This document shows positions 14,012 through 25,221 of a DNA stretch of 64,000 nt, piece by piece (the first letter of the stretch is position 1; each line of letters starts with the position of its first letter). Below the pieces are notes generated by a model, which saw only the letters and a program-made list of their open reading frames with translations, ran no database searches and had not been told where the DNA came from. The translations under genes were made by a program, and so were the position numbers. This stretch comes from Octopus sinensis (lineage: Eukaryota), in assembly GCF_006345805.1 (NCBI RefSeq), contig NC_043014.1, positions 21,266,001-21,330,000 on the forward strand. Reading direction: 5' to 3'.

Positions 14012-15792
14012 CACATATATACAGTGGACAGACACAGCTGTGTCACTCAGCGAGACAATTTTATTGGTGTGAAATCATTTTTGATTCCGATTGACGTAAG
14101 TCGTGTTAAACTTTGTTGTATCTTCTCCCCGCATGAATGAACCATGGTTTGTTGAATTTGTGAAACACCGTTGCTGTTTTGCCTGCAGGCCTGTTAAATT
14201 TTGTGTTATTCATCTTCCCTATTTTGGGGCGATGTAACTGAAAAACGGAAAAAATGAAGTGTGAACCAGTTCCAGCACAAGCCGGGAGTTATGCTTCAGC
14301 AGCTGGGAAAGAAGCGCAAGAAATTCAAATTGAACAAAGGAAGCTGAAGGAATACTAAAGGGTAATTCAGGAGGAGGGATCCAGTCTGAAACTGACCCCT
14401 CCAGAAGAAGTGACAACAAGTACCAAGAAAAAAGCAGTGGTGTACAGAACACTATCTACAACCACAAAGGAAATAGAGATACCTAGAGAAGAAGTAATTG
14501 AAGAATGTCTGAAGGAAATTAAGCACCTAACAACTTTCTATACAAGAGGCAGAAAGTACAGCAAAGTGGAAGTGAGATTTGCCAACGAACAGGAGGCAAG
14601 AAATCACTCCACTGTGACGCTGAAGTCGAAAAAATAGGTACTCCTACCTACCTACTGCGGCAAAAGGGTCGCCTGGGTGAAAATAGGCAGAGTACCACCA
14701 AAAATAAAAGAAGCTTGGCCGGTGGCTGCCGTAATGCACAAAACCGAGGAGGACACCAAAATTCTAAAGGTGACACAGACAAAAAAGGTAAATTGATGGG
14801 GATACAAACTACAAATGGTCATCCAGGTTGGACAACAAGATCTAAATGAAATTGCTGAAGAAATAATACTACCGGAGGACATAAGGTTGAGAGTGGTGGT
14901 AGAAGGAAAGCCACTATCTTGCTATCAATGTAGCGAAAAAGGACATATTAAAGTAAAGTGTCTCCAGAGAGAAAATAAAATCGAGGAAAGCCAACAGGAG
15001 TAGAATGCCGAAGTGGCGGACCTAGAAAATGAAAAGTGCACGAAAGAAGCCGAAGAACCATTTACGGAGGTAACCAAAGGAAAAAGAAAAGCCCTAGTGA
15101 ACTCACCTCCGAAGAGTCCAATAAAGAAAAAGGAGAGTGAAATAGACTGTACACATTTTTCACGACATGAACCTCCACCAGCATCAACAACGAAGGAAAA
15201 AGAAAAGGAAACCATCGCAGACAACCCAACTGCACTACAGGAACGAACAGTCAAAAGACCCGGGAAAAACAAATGGCATATGGTAACATATACAAAAAGC
15301 ACAGACATAGAAGGAAAAATCACCAAATTTAAATCGGTGATAAGAGTTAAATTATCACCGGAACATTACCCAGAAAGTACAAAAGCCATAGTAATAGACA
15401 AAGCAAGATATGAGAAATTGAAGAAATGGTTTGGAAACAAAATAGACCCAATGGAAGTGAGGGTGGAGTTTGACGACCTACCGCCTGTTATAGATTACGA
15501 CGACTTGTTGCCATATGTAAAATGGTAAAGCGTGAGTAAGCTTTTAAGATTTTAAAGACTACACATGCGATACTAAAAGAAAAAAAGAAGAAAAAATGAT
15601 ATAAAAACTTTGCATTAAAACATTTAAACGGTACTGCTTGAGAGTGTAGTTCAAGCAGCCATTACATCCTCATTTAATTATTATCCCTCTCTCATTCATT
15701 CGTTTTATGTTTTTTGTCCCCACTGTGGTGTTCTGTTTGTCCTTGTACCCCCCCCCCTCTGTGTCATGGCCTGTGTGCCGAATAAAGAAAAA
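14012..15792 (+). mobile_element. ORF1-only retroelement copy 1 (disrupted)
   Basis: 5' UTR, ORF from ATG ~14254 to 15528, ~260-bp 3' UTR ending AATAAAGAAAAA. No ORF2 follows. The exact 5' boundary is uncertain. Confidence 0.75.
14254..15528 (+). pseudogene. Tx1/L1-ORF1-like protein with CCHC knuckle, 4 in-frame stops
   Basis: The single frame joins track ORFs 14410, 14815 and 15013: RGRKYSKVEVRF..LLPTYCGKR..LRVVVEGKPLSCYQCSEKGHIKVKC. Collinear with 52828-54171. Confidence 0.8.
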
Positions 15793-15878
15793 CAGTTGGC
15801 GAGGTACGCTGTACAGGCCAGTCACGCAGACGACTAGATACGTCGTTATAATGCGGGACAAATCATATATATTATATA

Positions 15879-15989
<111 letters not shown>

Positions 15990-15990
15990 T

Positions 15991-18900
15991 ATGATTGATT
16001 GATGTTGATTGATTCCAGTTTTCAGCTCATGAGCTGTGGCCATGCTGGGGCACCGCCATTTGGTGTTGCTACTTGGTTTCACTTCATGGAGGCTTTCTAG
16101 CAACTGCTATTTGGTGCATGAGAGAGTTCGATGCAGCTGCCCTCATCTGCCCCTCCTGCCGTGAATTGGTTCATCTTGGACACCTGACAGGAAGAGATCC
16201 AGCTCCATTTTTAAAGACATCTGTATCCACCCCATGCAGGTCTCTCAGGTTCATCGGGAGGATTGAAGAGCTGTGGGCCTCGGAAGCCCAGGCTATCACA
16301 GAATCTTGTCCTACATCTTGATGGCAAGTTTGGAGTCCTAGGCACCACGCAGTGGCGCCCAGTTCTGGCGTTTGCGTAACTCTCGATGCCAAAGTTCAGG
16401 ACACTTCCCTCCAGGATCTTCCAGATGTATATTATGGCATATCTTTCCCGCCTACGCTCCAGGAATATAATTTTTAATCTCTTGAGTCTTTCCCAGTAGC
16501 TTACATTCTGCATAGAGCTATCTTCTTCGTGTAGCTTCGTTGGATCGCCTCAAGTTCTGTGATCAACTTGACACTGGATGGTGACCATAGCTGAGAGCAA
16601 TAGTCAAAGTGACTTAGGACAAGCGTCTTCCAGAGGACCATCATGGTTTCTTGTTCTTTGTTCTAAAGGTTCTAAGAATCCATCCAGCCAGGCGTCTGCA
16701 TTTCACTGTCAGTTTAGCAACATGTACATGAAAGGTCGCGTCATCACTCATGTGAATACCAGGTCACGCACTGATTGTGCCTCTGGGATTGCAATCCCTC
16801 CGGGTCCAGTGTATTCCTTGGGTATTGCATTCAGTTTTGCATGCTGATAGTATAAGCTTGAAACTTTTCAGCATTGAACTGCATGCTATTCTTTTCAGCC
16901 CACTTGTAAATTTCGTCCAGCTCATATTGCAGGTGCTAGTATCTTCAGGGTTCTGTATTGCCTGTGAAACTTTTGTATATCTGCATAACTTGTGATCGTG
17001 GCTCTCCGCGTGGCTGAGGGCATGTCTGAGAGGGCCATTATGAACAGTAGTGGTCCCAAAACAGTGCCCTGTGGAACACCGCTCACTATTTGCGTGCTAA
17101 TGGAATGGCCCCATTGGCTACTACCACCTGACTTCTATTCTTCAGAAAGTCGTGAAGCATTCTCCTAGTTTTCCAACTATGCCAGATCACGCAGTTTGTG
17201 ACTATCATTCCATGATCGACTTTATCGAAGGCCTTTGCGAAGTCGAGATATATCACTTCCACATTTGAGTGGTTGAGCATTGTTTCAGCACCCAGTCATA
17301 GTGCTGCAGGAGCTGAGTTAAGCAGCTTCTTCCTGGTCGGAAACCATGTTGGGTGTCAGGCAGCAAGTCATTTTCTTCAAGGAAGGTGATTAGTTTCCTT
17401 CTGACTATTCGTTCCATGACTTGCTGATGTGTGAGGTCAGAGAGATAGGTCTGTAGTTCTTGGCCTCCGCTCTGCTACCTCCTTTATGAATAGGGCATAT
17501 TTTACCTTCCTTCAGTTTTCTTGGAAGTTTGCCAGCTGCAAGGAAGCTCTGAAAGAGGAACTGCAGTGGTCTTGCTAAGACTCTCTTACATACTTTTAGG
17601 AGGATTGCCGGGAATCCATCGGGGCCAATAGCTGAGTCTATTTTCATTTCATCTATAGCCTTTATTACATCATCTTCCTTTATATCGATGTAATTTACGT
17701 CGCCGCCTCTGATCTATATCTGCAGTGGTAAAAAAGTCAGTTGGATTGCTGATTTGGAAATGCCCAGGGGTGGAGTGAAAACACTCTTGAATTGTTCATC
17801 AGTATTTCACTTACCCTCATTGGTTTTCCTGTGAGTGTGCCATCCTTTTCAAGGAGTACCCTATCCTACAGTGCACCGTAGCTGTTTCTGTTTCTTGGCA
17901 TACCTGTAGAAAGCTCTGGGGTTATTTTTATGTTGTCTAAGCCGCTTCTTTGTCTGCTCTTTCTTCTCATGGGAGAGTTGCATGACTTTTCTTCTCACAT
18001 TTTATTTGATTTTAAATAGTTATATTTTTCAGGCGGACTTTTCACTGCTTTCAATTTGTTTGTTTAGGCGATTTGAGATTTTTGTGCGCCGTCTCATTAA
18101 AATTTTCTCTCTCTGGGGATTTTGTTCTTGTGTACGGTGGCCTTTCTCTCTGGGACACATTTGTAGCATATGGCTTGCATTACAGACATGAATTGTTGAA
18201 GTATCATGTCGATGTCCGGCGAGGAGAGACATTCAGGCCAGTTTTGTTTGGAGGATCTCTTTCTCAATTTGTTTTCCAGTTTGCCTTATTGAAGTTCAAG
18301 CTGGAAAGACTCTGAGGGTTTCTTGTAGGCTGCATGTCCGTGCCTCTCTTTTGGCCCGTACATGGTCAGCTCTACCATGTTGTGATCCGAGAGTAGTGTC
18401 GGTGTCACTTTCACATTATGGATGAGATCCATATTATTTGTGAAGCAGAGATCCAGTGTTTTACCCGCTCTGGTTGGTTGGAGTATTACTTGCTCCATGT
18501 ACAGGGTGTTGGTGAGGTTCAGGAGGGACCTCGCCTGTCCTCGTTCACATCTTCTTGTCATTCCTGGGAGAGAAAGGCCCTCGGCCATCTGACATTCGGT
18601 AGATTGAAGTCTCCCATGAGAAGTACACTTATGTGTTGTTCTAATGTGGTTAGAACTTCTTCTATTTTTAAAAGGCAGTCCTCAAACTTGCCCATATGAC
18701 TTGGGGCATCTGGAGGGCGATATGTAGCACACACAACTACATCAGTTGTCTTATGTGTACAATTAGTGTGTCACACACCGAGTTTGAGTATGACAAAAGG
18801 ACCTGGGGTGTGAGGTCCCCACGGATGTACATAGCAACTCCTCCATGACTTCTTCTTTTCCTGTCGGTCCGTAGTACAACATACTGTGGTATGTGTAATT

Positions 18901-19005
18901 CCGCATCTGCTATGTCCGTTTCAGATGCGTTTCTGTGAGTGCTATGCATAAGCTTGATTGCAATGCGACAAAGTCTCTCAGGAACGGACTTTTGTCCTGT
19001 TACGT
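15991..19005 (-). mobile_element. CR1/L2-group LINE, 5'-truncated and frameshifted ORF2 (APE + RT), (AATC)n tail
   Basis: APE motifs TDRKRRSHGGVAMYI and PTRAGKTLDL. RT motifs GPDGFPAILLK, NYRPISLTSH, YLDFAKAFDKVDH. C-terminal SYWERLKRL..LERRRER. Tail at 15991-16014. Confidence 0.85.
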
Positions 19006-19014
19006 GTGGATATA

Positions 19015-19071
<57 letters not shown>

Positions 19072-19189
19072 GAGCATAAAGATTCAAGTTAATTTAAATG
19101 AATTTACTTGAATATGGTACCTAACTTAGATGCACCAAAAAAACTATACTGATTTAACAATACAGAATGTGGGGTGATTATAAGCGAGA

Positions 19190-20000
19190 AAGAAGCAACA
19201 AGAATTGATAGGTTTTTAGTACGATCGTTTCATACAAGCCAGGTTTTATTAAAATTGCAAAGATTACAGCATATAAACGAGTCCCGTACTCATCAGCTAA
19301 AATACATGTGAGTTCTCTAGACATCCTAGTGTTTGAGGCTATACTCATGAAGTAATGTAGATAATTAAGTAACATAAACAATTTCTAAAGTTCATTAAAG
19401 TTCTTTAAAGATGATTAACAGTCTTATCACAGAATTTTAAAAAGTTTTGATAGCATCACAGAGAAGGTGACCTAATCCATATGCATTTCCATAGATAATG
19501 ATGAGGATTATATACTCACAGAAGACAAATTTATCCATTGTTAATTACAACGAGTTGGGTCTCAATTCCTGCTTATTAGCATTACAGAGAGGGTGAATTA
19601 ATCCTTTGTATAGATGCACAAATTCCAATGGTGTAGATGTAAATTTCCAGAGAAATGGAGATGAATTTCATATTCACAGGCGATAAATTTTTCAATGGTT
19701 GAACACAATGAGGTAGGTATCAATCCTTGTTATATGATTAGGTATTTGCCACATTAATCACATTACTGCTATTCACAAGAGGCTGTAGCTAATGAACTTT
19801 AGAAATCTGTTTATGTTACTTAATTATCTACATTACTTCATGAGTATAGCCTCAAACACTAGGATGTCTAGAGAACTCACATGTATTTTAGCTGATGAGT
19901 ACGGGACTCGTTTATGCTGTAATCTTTGCAACTTTTAATAAAACTGTCCTTGTATGAAACGATCGTACTAAAAACCTATCCATTCTTGTTGCTTCTTCTT
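19190..20000. repeat. Fold-back repeat (~200-bp arms, ~400-bp spacer) carrying a hammerhead
   Basis: ~19190-19398 is the reverse complement of ~19790-20000. Confidence 0.8.
19886..19973 (+). ncRNA. Type I hammerhead motif with long loop II
   Basis: UUUUAG-CUGAUGA-GUAC..(~45 nt)..GUAU-GAAAC-GAUCGUA/CUAAAA; palindromic stem III ACGAUCGU. Inverted copy at ~19215-19302. Confidence 0.65.
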
Positions 20001-20007
20001 TCGCGCG

Positions 20008-20038
<31 letters not shown>

Positions 20039-20050
20039 TATATATATATA

Positions 20051-20210
20051 GGCGTAGGAGTGGCTGTGTGGTAAGTAGTTTGCTTACGAACCACATGGTT
20101 CCGGTTCAGTCCCACTGCATGTCACCTTGGGCAAGTGTCTTCTACTGTAGCCTCGGCCGACCAAGGCTTTGTGAGTGGATTTGGTAGACGGAAGCTGAAA
20201 AAAAACCATC

Positions 20211-20260
<50 letters not shown>

Positions 20261-20521
20261 TACACGGGTTGTGTGTGATGTGTGTATAGAAGAATATATT
20301 AATAAAAGGAATTCCAACCTTGTCTGATTTTCACGTTTTATTTACAATCTTATAATGATATATATAATATATATAATATATAATATAATATGATAAAATA
20401 AAATAAAATAAAATAATAGAATGTAAATGTTCATTCTGATTGAACTATACTTTCATGCATTAAATTATGTAATCTTCAGGTTCATGTAGTGTTGACAGTC
20501 ATGCTTCACAATTTTTGACTG

Positions 20522-20587
<66 letters not shown>

Positions 20588-20805
20588 CATGTATCTGTGT
20601 GTATATGTTTGTGTGTCTGTTTTCTCCAGCAACATCGCTTGACAACCGATGCTAGTGTGTTTACATCCCCCATAACTTAGCGGTTCGGCAAAAGAGATCG
20701 ATAGAATAAGTACTAAGCTTACAAAGAATAAGCCCTGGGGTCGACTAAGGGCGGTGCTCCAGCATGATCACGGTCAAATGATTGAAACGAGTAAAAGAGT
20801 AAAGA
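20051..20805 (+). mobile_element. tRNA-derived SINE split by expanded microsatellite/AT-rich sequence
   Basis: Head 20051-20215, tail ~20600-20805. Confidence 0.75.
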
Positions 20806-20916
20806 GTATAATTAAAATTCAGTTGAATTAGGTACTTAAATTGAGACACCAAGCCAGTTCGGTATAATCCATGCAGCTCAAAGTTAGGTGAACATAATTC
20901 AAATAAGTAACAAAGA

Positions 20917-21096
20917 TGTCCAGGTATCAATGAATTACAGCCGTTTCAAGTGGCCCCATTTAATTGATCAATGAAAATTTAACATCAATTTGAAAGAAAT
21001 CTGAGGAGGGCGGATTCTTTCAATTTGATGTAATGTTTTCATTGATCGAATAAACGGGGCCGCTTGAAACGGCCGTAAGGCATTGATACCTGGACA
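20917..21096. repeat. 180-bp near-perfect hairpin (MITE-like)
   Basis: TGTCCAGGTATCAATG...CATTGATACCTGGACA; the arms pair over almost the whole length. Confidence 0.7.
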
Positions 21097-21209
21097 ACCT
21101 TGTTACTTATTTGCATGTACTCTTTTGCATACATCAGTCATTAGACAGCGGCCGTACTTGTTATTCTTCACATTGTAGGTGCATCTAGTTGAAGAAATCG
21201 ACCCTAGCA

Positions 21210-21500
21210 CTTATCTTTAATTCTGGTAATTATTCTATAAGTACAAGGCTTTACTCAAGCAGCTATGTTACGGGACGTAAACAAAGTATAAGTTGTCGTG
21301 CAGTTGGAGCGGGACACACACACACACGACGGGCTTCCTTACAGTTTTTGTCTACCAAATTCACTGATAAAGGCTACTGTAGTAGAAAACCCTTGGTCAA
21401 TTGTCCCACGCAGTTGAGTTCAACTCGAAACCACGTGATTGCAGAACTAACTTCTTAGCGATTCAGCCATATTTGCGCCTATGTGTGTGTGTATGTATGT

Positions 21501-21582
<82 letters not shown>

Positions 21583-21975
21583 GTGCTTCAGTTATTTGAC
21601 TGCAGCGATGCTGGAGCACCGCCTTGAAAGGTTTTAGTCGAACAAATCGGCCTCGGGGCTTATTTTCGTTAAGCCTAGTACTTATGCTATCAGTCTCTTT
21701 GCTGAACAGCTAACTTGCGGGGACGTAAACACACCTACACCAGTTGGGAGTATAAGTGGTGATGGGGGTACAAGCACAGACACAAAGACACGCACACAAA
21801 TATGTACATTTATATATATATATACGTACGACGGGCTTCTTTCGGTTTCCGTCTACCATATCTACTCACAAGGCTTTGGTCGGCTCGAGACTATAAGACA
21901 CTTGCCCAAGGTGCCGCGCAGTAGGACTAAACACTGAACCGAAAGCAATCTTTCGTACCACACAGCTATGTTTGC
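21210..21975 (-). mobile_element. Two tandem tRNA-derived SINE copies (21210-21480, 21585-21975)
   Basis: Homology to the SINE head and tail. Confidence 0.75.
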
Positions 21976-21982
21976 GTGTGTG

Positions 21983-22052
<70 letters not shown>

Positions 22053-22085
22053 CGTGTGTGTGTGTGTGGTGTGTGTGCTAGTTGT

Positions 22086-22972
22086 GATCAATAAGTATCC
22101 GGACTGGTACTATAAAACAAAACAACACGTACCAATTTAACAAAACGTCACAGTCGTTCTCCTTGTTTACTGTCTGACCAGTTGGAGCATATTCATCATG
22201 AACAATCCCCTTGTAGCTGAAGAACATGGTCAACTGTCTTCACATGCTTCGACTGACTCGTGCTCTCTTCGGTTTCGGAGAGATTGGGGTCTTCCATTGA
22301 GAAGACTGAGCTTTTGTTTCAGGGTCATAGCTATAGACCCACGATCCATCACCCGTTATGACCTTTTTCAAAAAGTCTTCATCGTACTCCACACAATCAA
22401 AGAGATTTTATACAACTGAAACCCGAGTGTCTTTTTGGTCAGCTGAAAGCAGTTTTGGCACAAACTTGGCAGACACGCGTCTCATACCCAAATCTTCAGT
22501 GATAATGGAGTGAACTGAACCGCAGCTAATCTGCATATCCTCTGATAACTCAGGGTTGGTGATTCAACGATTTCCCCTCACAGCTGTATGCACATCTGCG
22601 ATGTTTTCCTCAATTCTGCTGATTGCGAGTCTCCCAGAACGTTCGTCACTATCGACATTTTTTCGGCCATCTTCGGAACGTCTGAAGCACTTTCTGGATC
22701 TTTGCGTAGGCCTCTGAGCAGGTATTGCCAGGCATTTGGCAAAATTTGATGCAGATTCTCTGCTCAACTTTCTCTGTGATGGTCAATGCGACTATCACAC
22801 GCTACATACGTTCCTTCCAAGCACTGCTGTAAACAGTAGAAGTGAGCTAGAACGTTAACACTTAGTACACATGCACAGCAAATTTCAAGTTAATCTGTGC
22901 CCAGCGACATTGCTCTGCGTGCCTTAGTTTCATTACTATGGCAACAGTCTGGATATTTATTGATCAGACCAC
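22086..22972 (-). mobile_element. Internally deleted mariner element
   Basis: Inverted ends GATCAATAA(G/A)TATCC(G/A)GACTG. - strand remnants FRRSEDGRKNVDSDERSGR. Confidence 0.7.
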
Positions 22973-23074
<102 letters not shown>

Positions 23075-23711
23075 GATACATACTATATGTATATACTTAC
23101 CTATATACGTATATACATATTCATATGTGGGTAGAGAACGTTTCAGAAAGTAAACGACAAAAAATACGAAAATATGGAATACGAAATACGAATACATGGA
23201 ATACGAAATTTTTTTACGAACAACGAAGGGAACAAATCGAAAACAAGACACGCAACATAAAGAGCGACCCTTCATCTGTCAGCTGTTTTTCTAATCCGTA
23301 TTTCGAGCATTTCACGACAAGATAAACGATTAGAAAGTTGCTCTCGCAAAGGAAATTAAATAAATTTTGAGATTTGCGGAGGGTGAAAATTGGTAACAAA
23401 AACAGGACAGGGAAAACAAACAGGAAGGGCTGCTAAGCCTAAACGAAGAGAGGTAGTGAACTCGAAGAAGCAAGCTTGGACAGGAGAAAGACAAGAATAC
23501 GTCTGATTCGTCCAGCTGTGTCAGGAAAAAAGAAAGAAACACAAAGAAAGAAAGATGAACGGTGGTCACGTGGGAGCCACGAGAGAGCAATAGAGGAAGA
23601 GTGAGAGAATAACGAGAGGGGGGAAGATAAAAATAATTGGAGAGAAGAGAGAAAAACGAAAGAGTGATAGAATAATAGAGTAACAGAAGAGAGAAAACAT
23701 TATGTTATAAG

Positions 23712-24022
23712 CGCAGAAGTGGATGTGTGGCAAGTAGCTTGCTTACCAGACACATGGTTCTGGGTTCAGTCCCACTGCGTGGCACCTTCGGTAGGTGTCT
23801 TCTACTATAGCCTCGAGCCGACCAAAGCCTTGTGAGTGGATTTGGTAGACGGAAACTGAAAAAGTAGTTCTCCTTGTTTACTGTCTGGCCATGACGAACA
23901 ATCCCCTTCTGGTCGAAGAAAACTGTCAACCGTGTTTTCTCATTGCTTCGACTCATTCGTGCTTTCTTCTATCTCGGAGAGGTTAGGGTCTTCCACACAC
24001 ATATATATGTGTGTGTGTGTGT

Positions 24023-24062
<40 letters not shown>

Positions 24063-24295
24063 TGTGTGTTTGTGTGTGTGTGTCTGTGTCTGTGTCTGTG
24101 TCTGTCCCCTCCACCATCGCTTGGCAACCAATGTTGGTGTATTTACGTCCCCGTAACCTAGTTGTTCGGCAAAAGAGACCGATAGCATAAGTACTAGGCT
24201 TACAAAGAATAAGTCCTGGGGTCGATCTTTTCGACTAAAGGCGGTGCTCCACATAGCCGCAGTCAAATGACTGAAATAGTAAAAGAATAAAGAAT
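23712..24295 (+). mobile_element. tRNA-derived SINE containing a mariner-derived insert (~23865-23995)
   Basis: SINE head, then a segment homologous to 22155-22300, then (TG)n and the SINE tail. Confidence 0.7.
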
Positions 24296-24318
24296 ATATA
24301 TGTGAGTGTGTGTGTATG

Positions 24319-24352
<34 letters not shown>

Positions 24353-24387
24353 ATATATATTATATACATACACACACACACACACAT

Positions 24388-24455
<68 letters not shown>

Positions 24456-24633
24456 ATATATATATATATCATAGTAAAAATTATTTCCCACGTAACGTGG
24501 CAGTCCCGGTGGGACGAATTTTACTGTTATTTAGCCCAACGAAACGTCGTCTCCAGCAGGCTATACGACACATTATCTGTGTCCTTATATCGAACAGTTG
24601 AGTTTAGCATCCCCACTCAGCACAAAGCAATAT

Positions 24634-24676
24634 CTATGGACCACGGTTTCTGGGTTATTTCTCTTCCTCAGCAGAG
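24634..24676 (-). ncRNA. Degenerate hammerhead motif
   Basis: CUCUG-CUGAGGA-A..A-GAAAC-CGUGGUC/CAUAG; stem II poorly paired. Confidence 0.35.
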
Positions 24677-25221
24677 GATAACTGCTTGGTTAGAGATGCC
24701 GCTACTAAATTCCTACTATAAGAACACAGATAGTGTGTTGTATACTCCAGCTGGAGATGATGTTTCCTGCGGCTAAATAATAGTAACATTATGTTGGTAA
24801 ATAATCTTTACTTTAGAGTACTGTTACGTTGAGAGATTTAGAAATAATAATGCTTCTATTGATATATATACATATATATATATATGTATATATGCATATA
24901 TATATACATATAGACATATGTTCTCACATAAAAAATGTATATATGTGTATATATACGTACATACATACGTACAAACATACATACATACACTCACAGACAT
25001 ACACACGCACACATATGCAAACATACATACATACATACATACATACATACATACATACATACATACATACATACATACATACATACATACATACATACAT
25101 ACATACTATACACGCACTGGATAGATGAATTTGTATTTGTTCTGGAGAACAATTAACTACAAAATTTTTTTAAAGAAATCAATGCGGCATTATATCTATC
25201 CATTCATCTATCTATATATTG

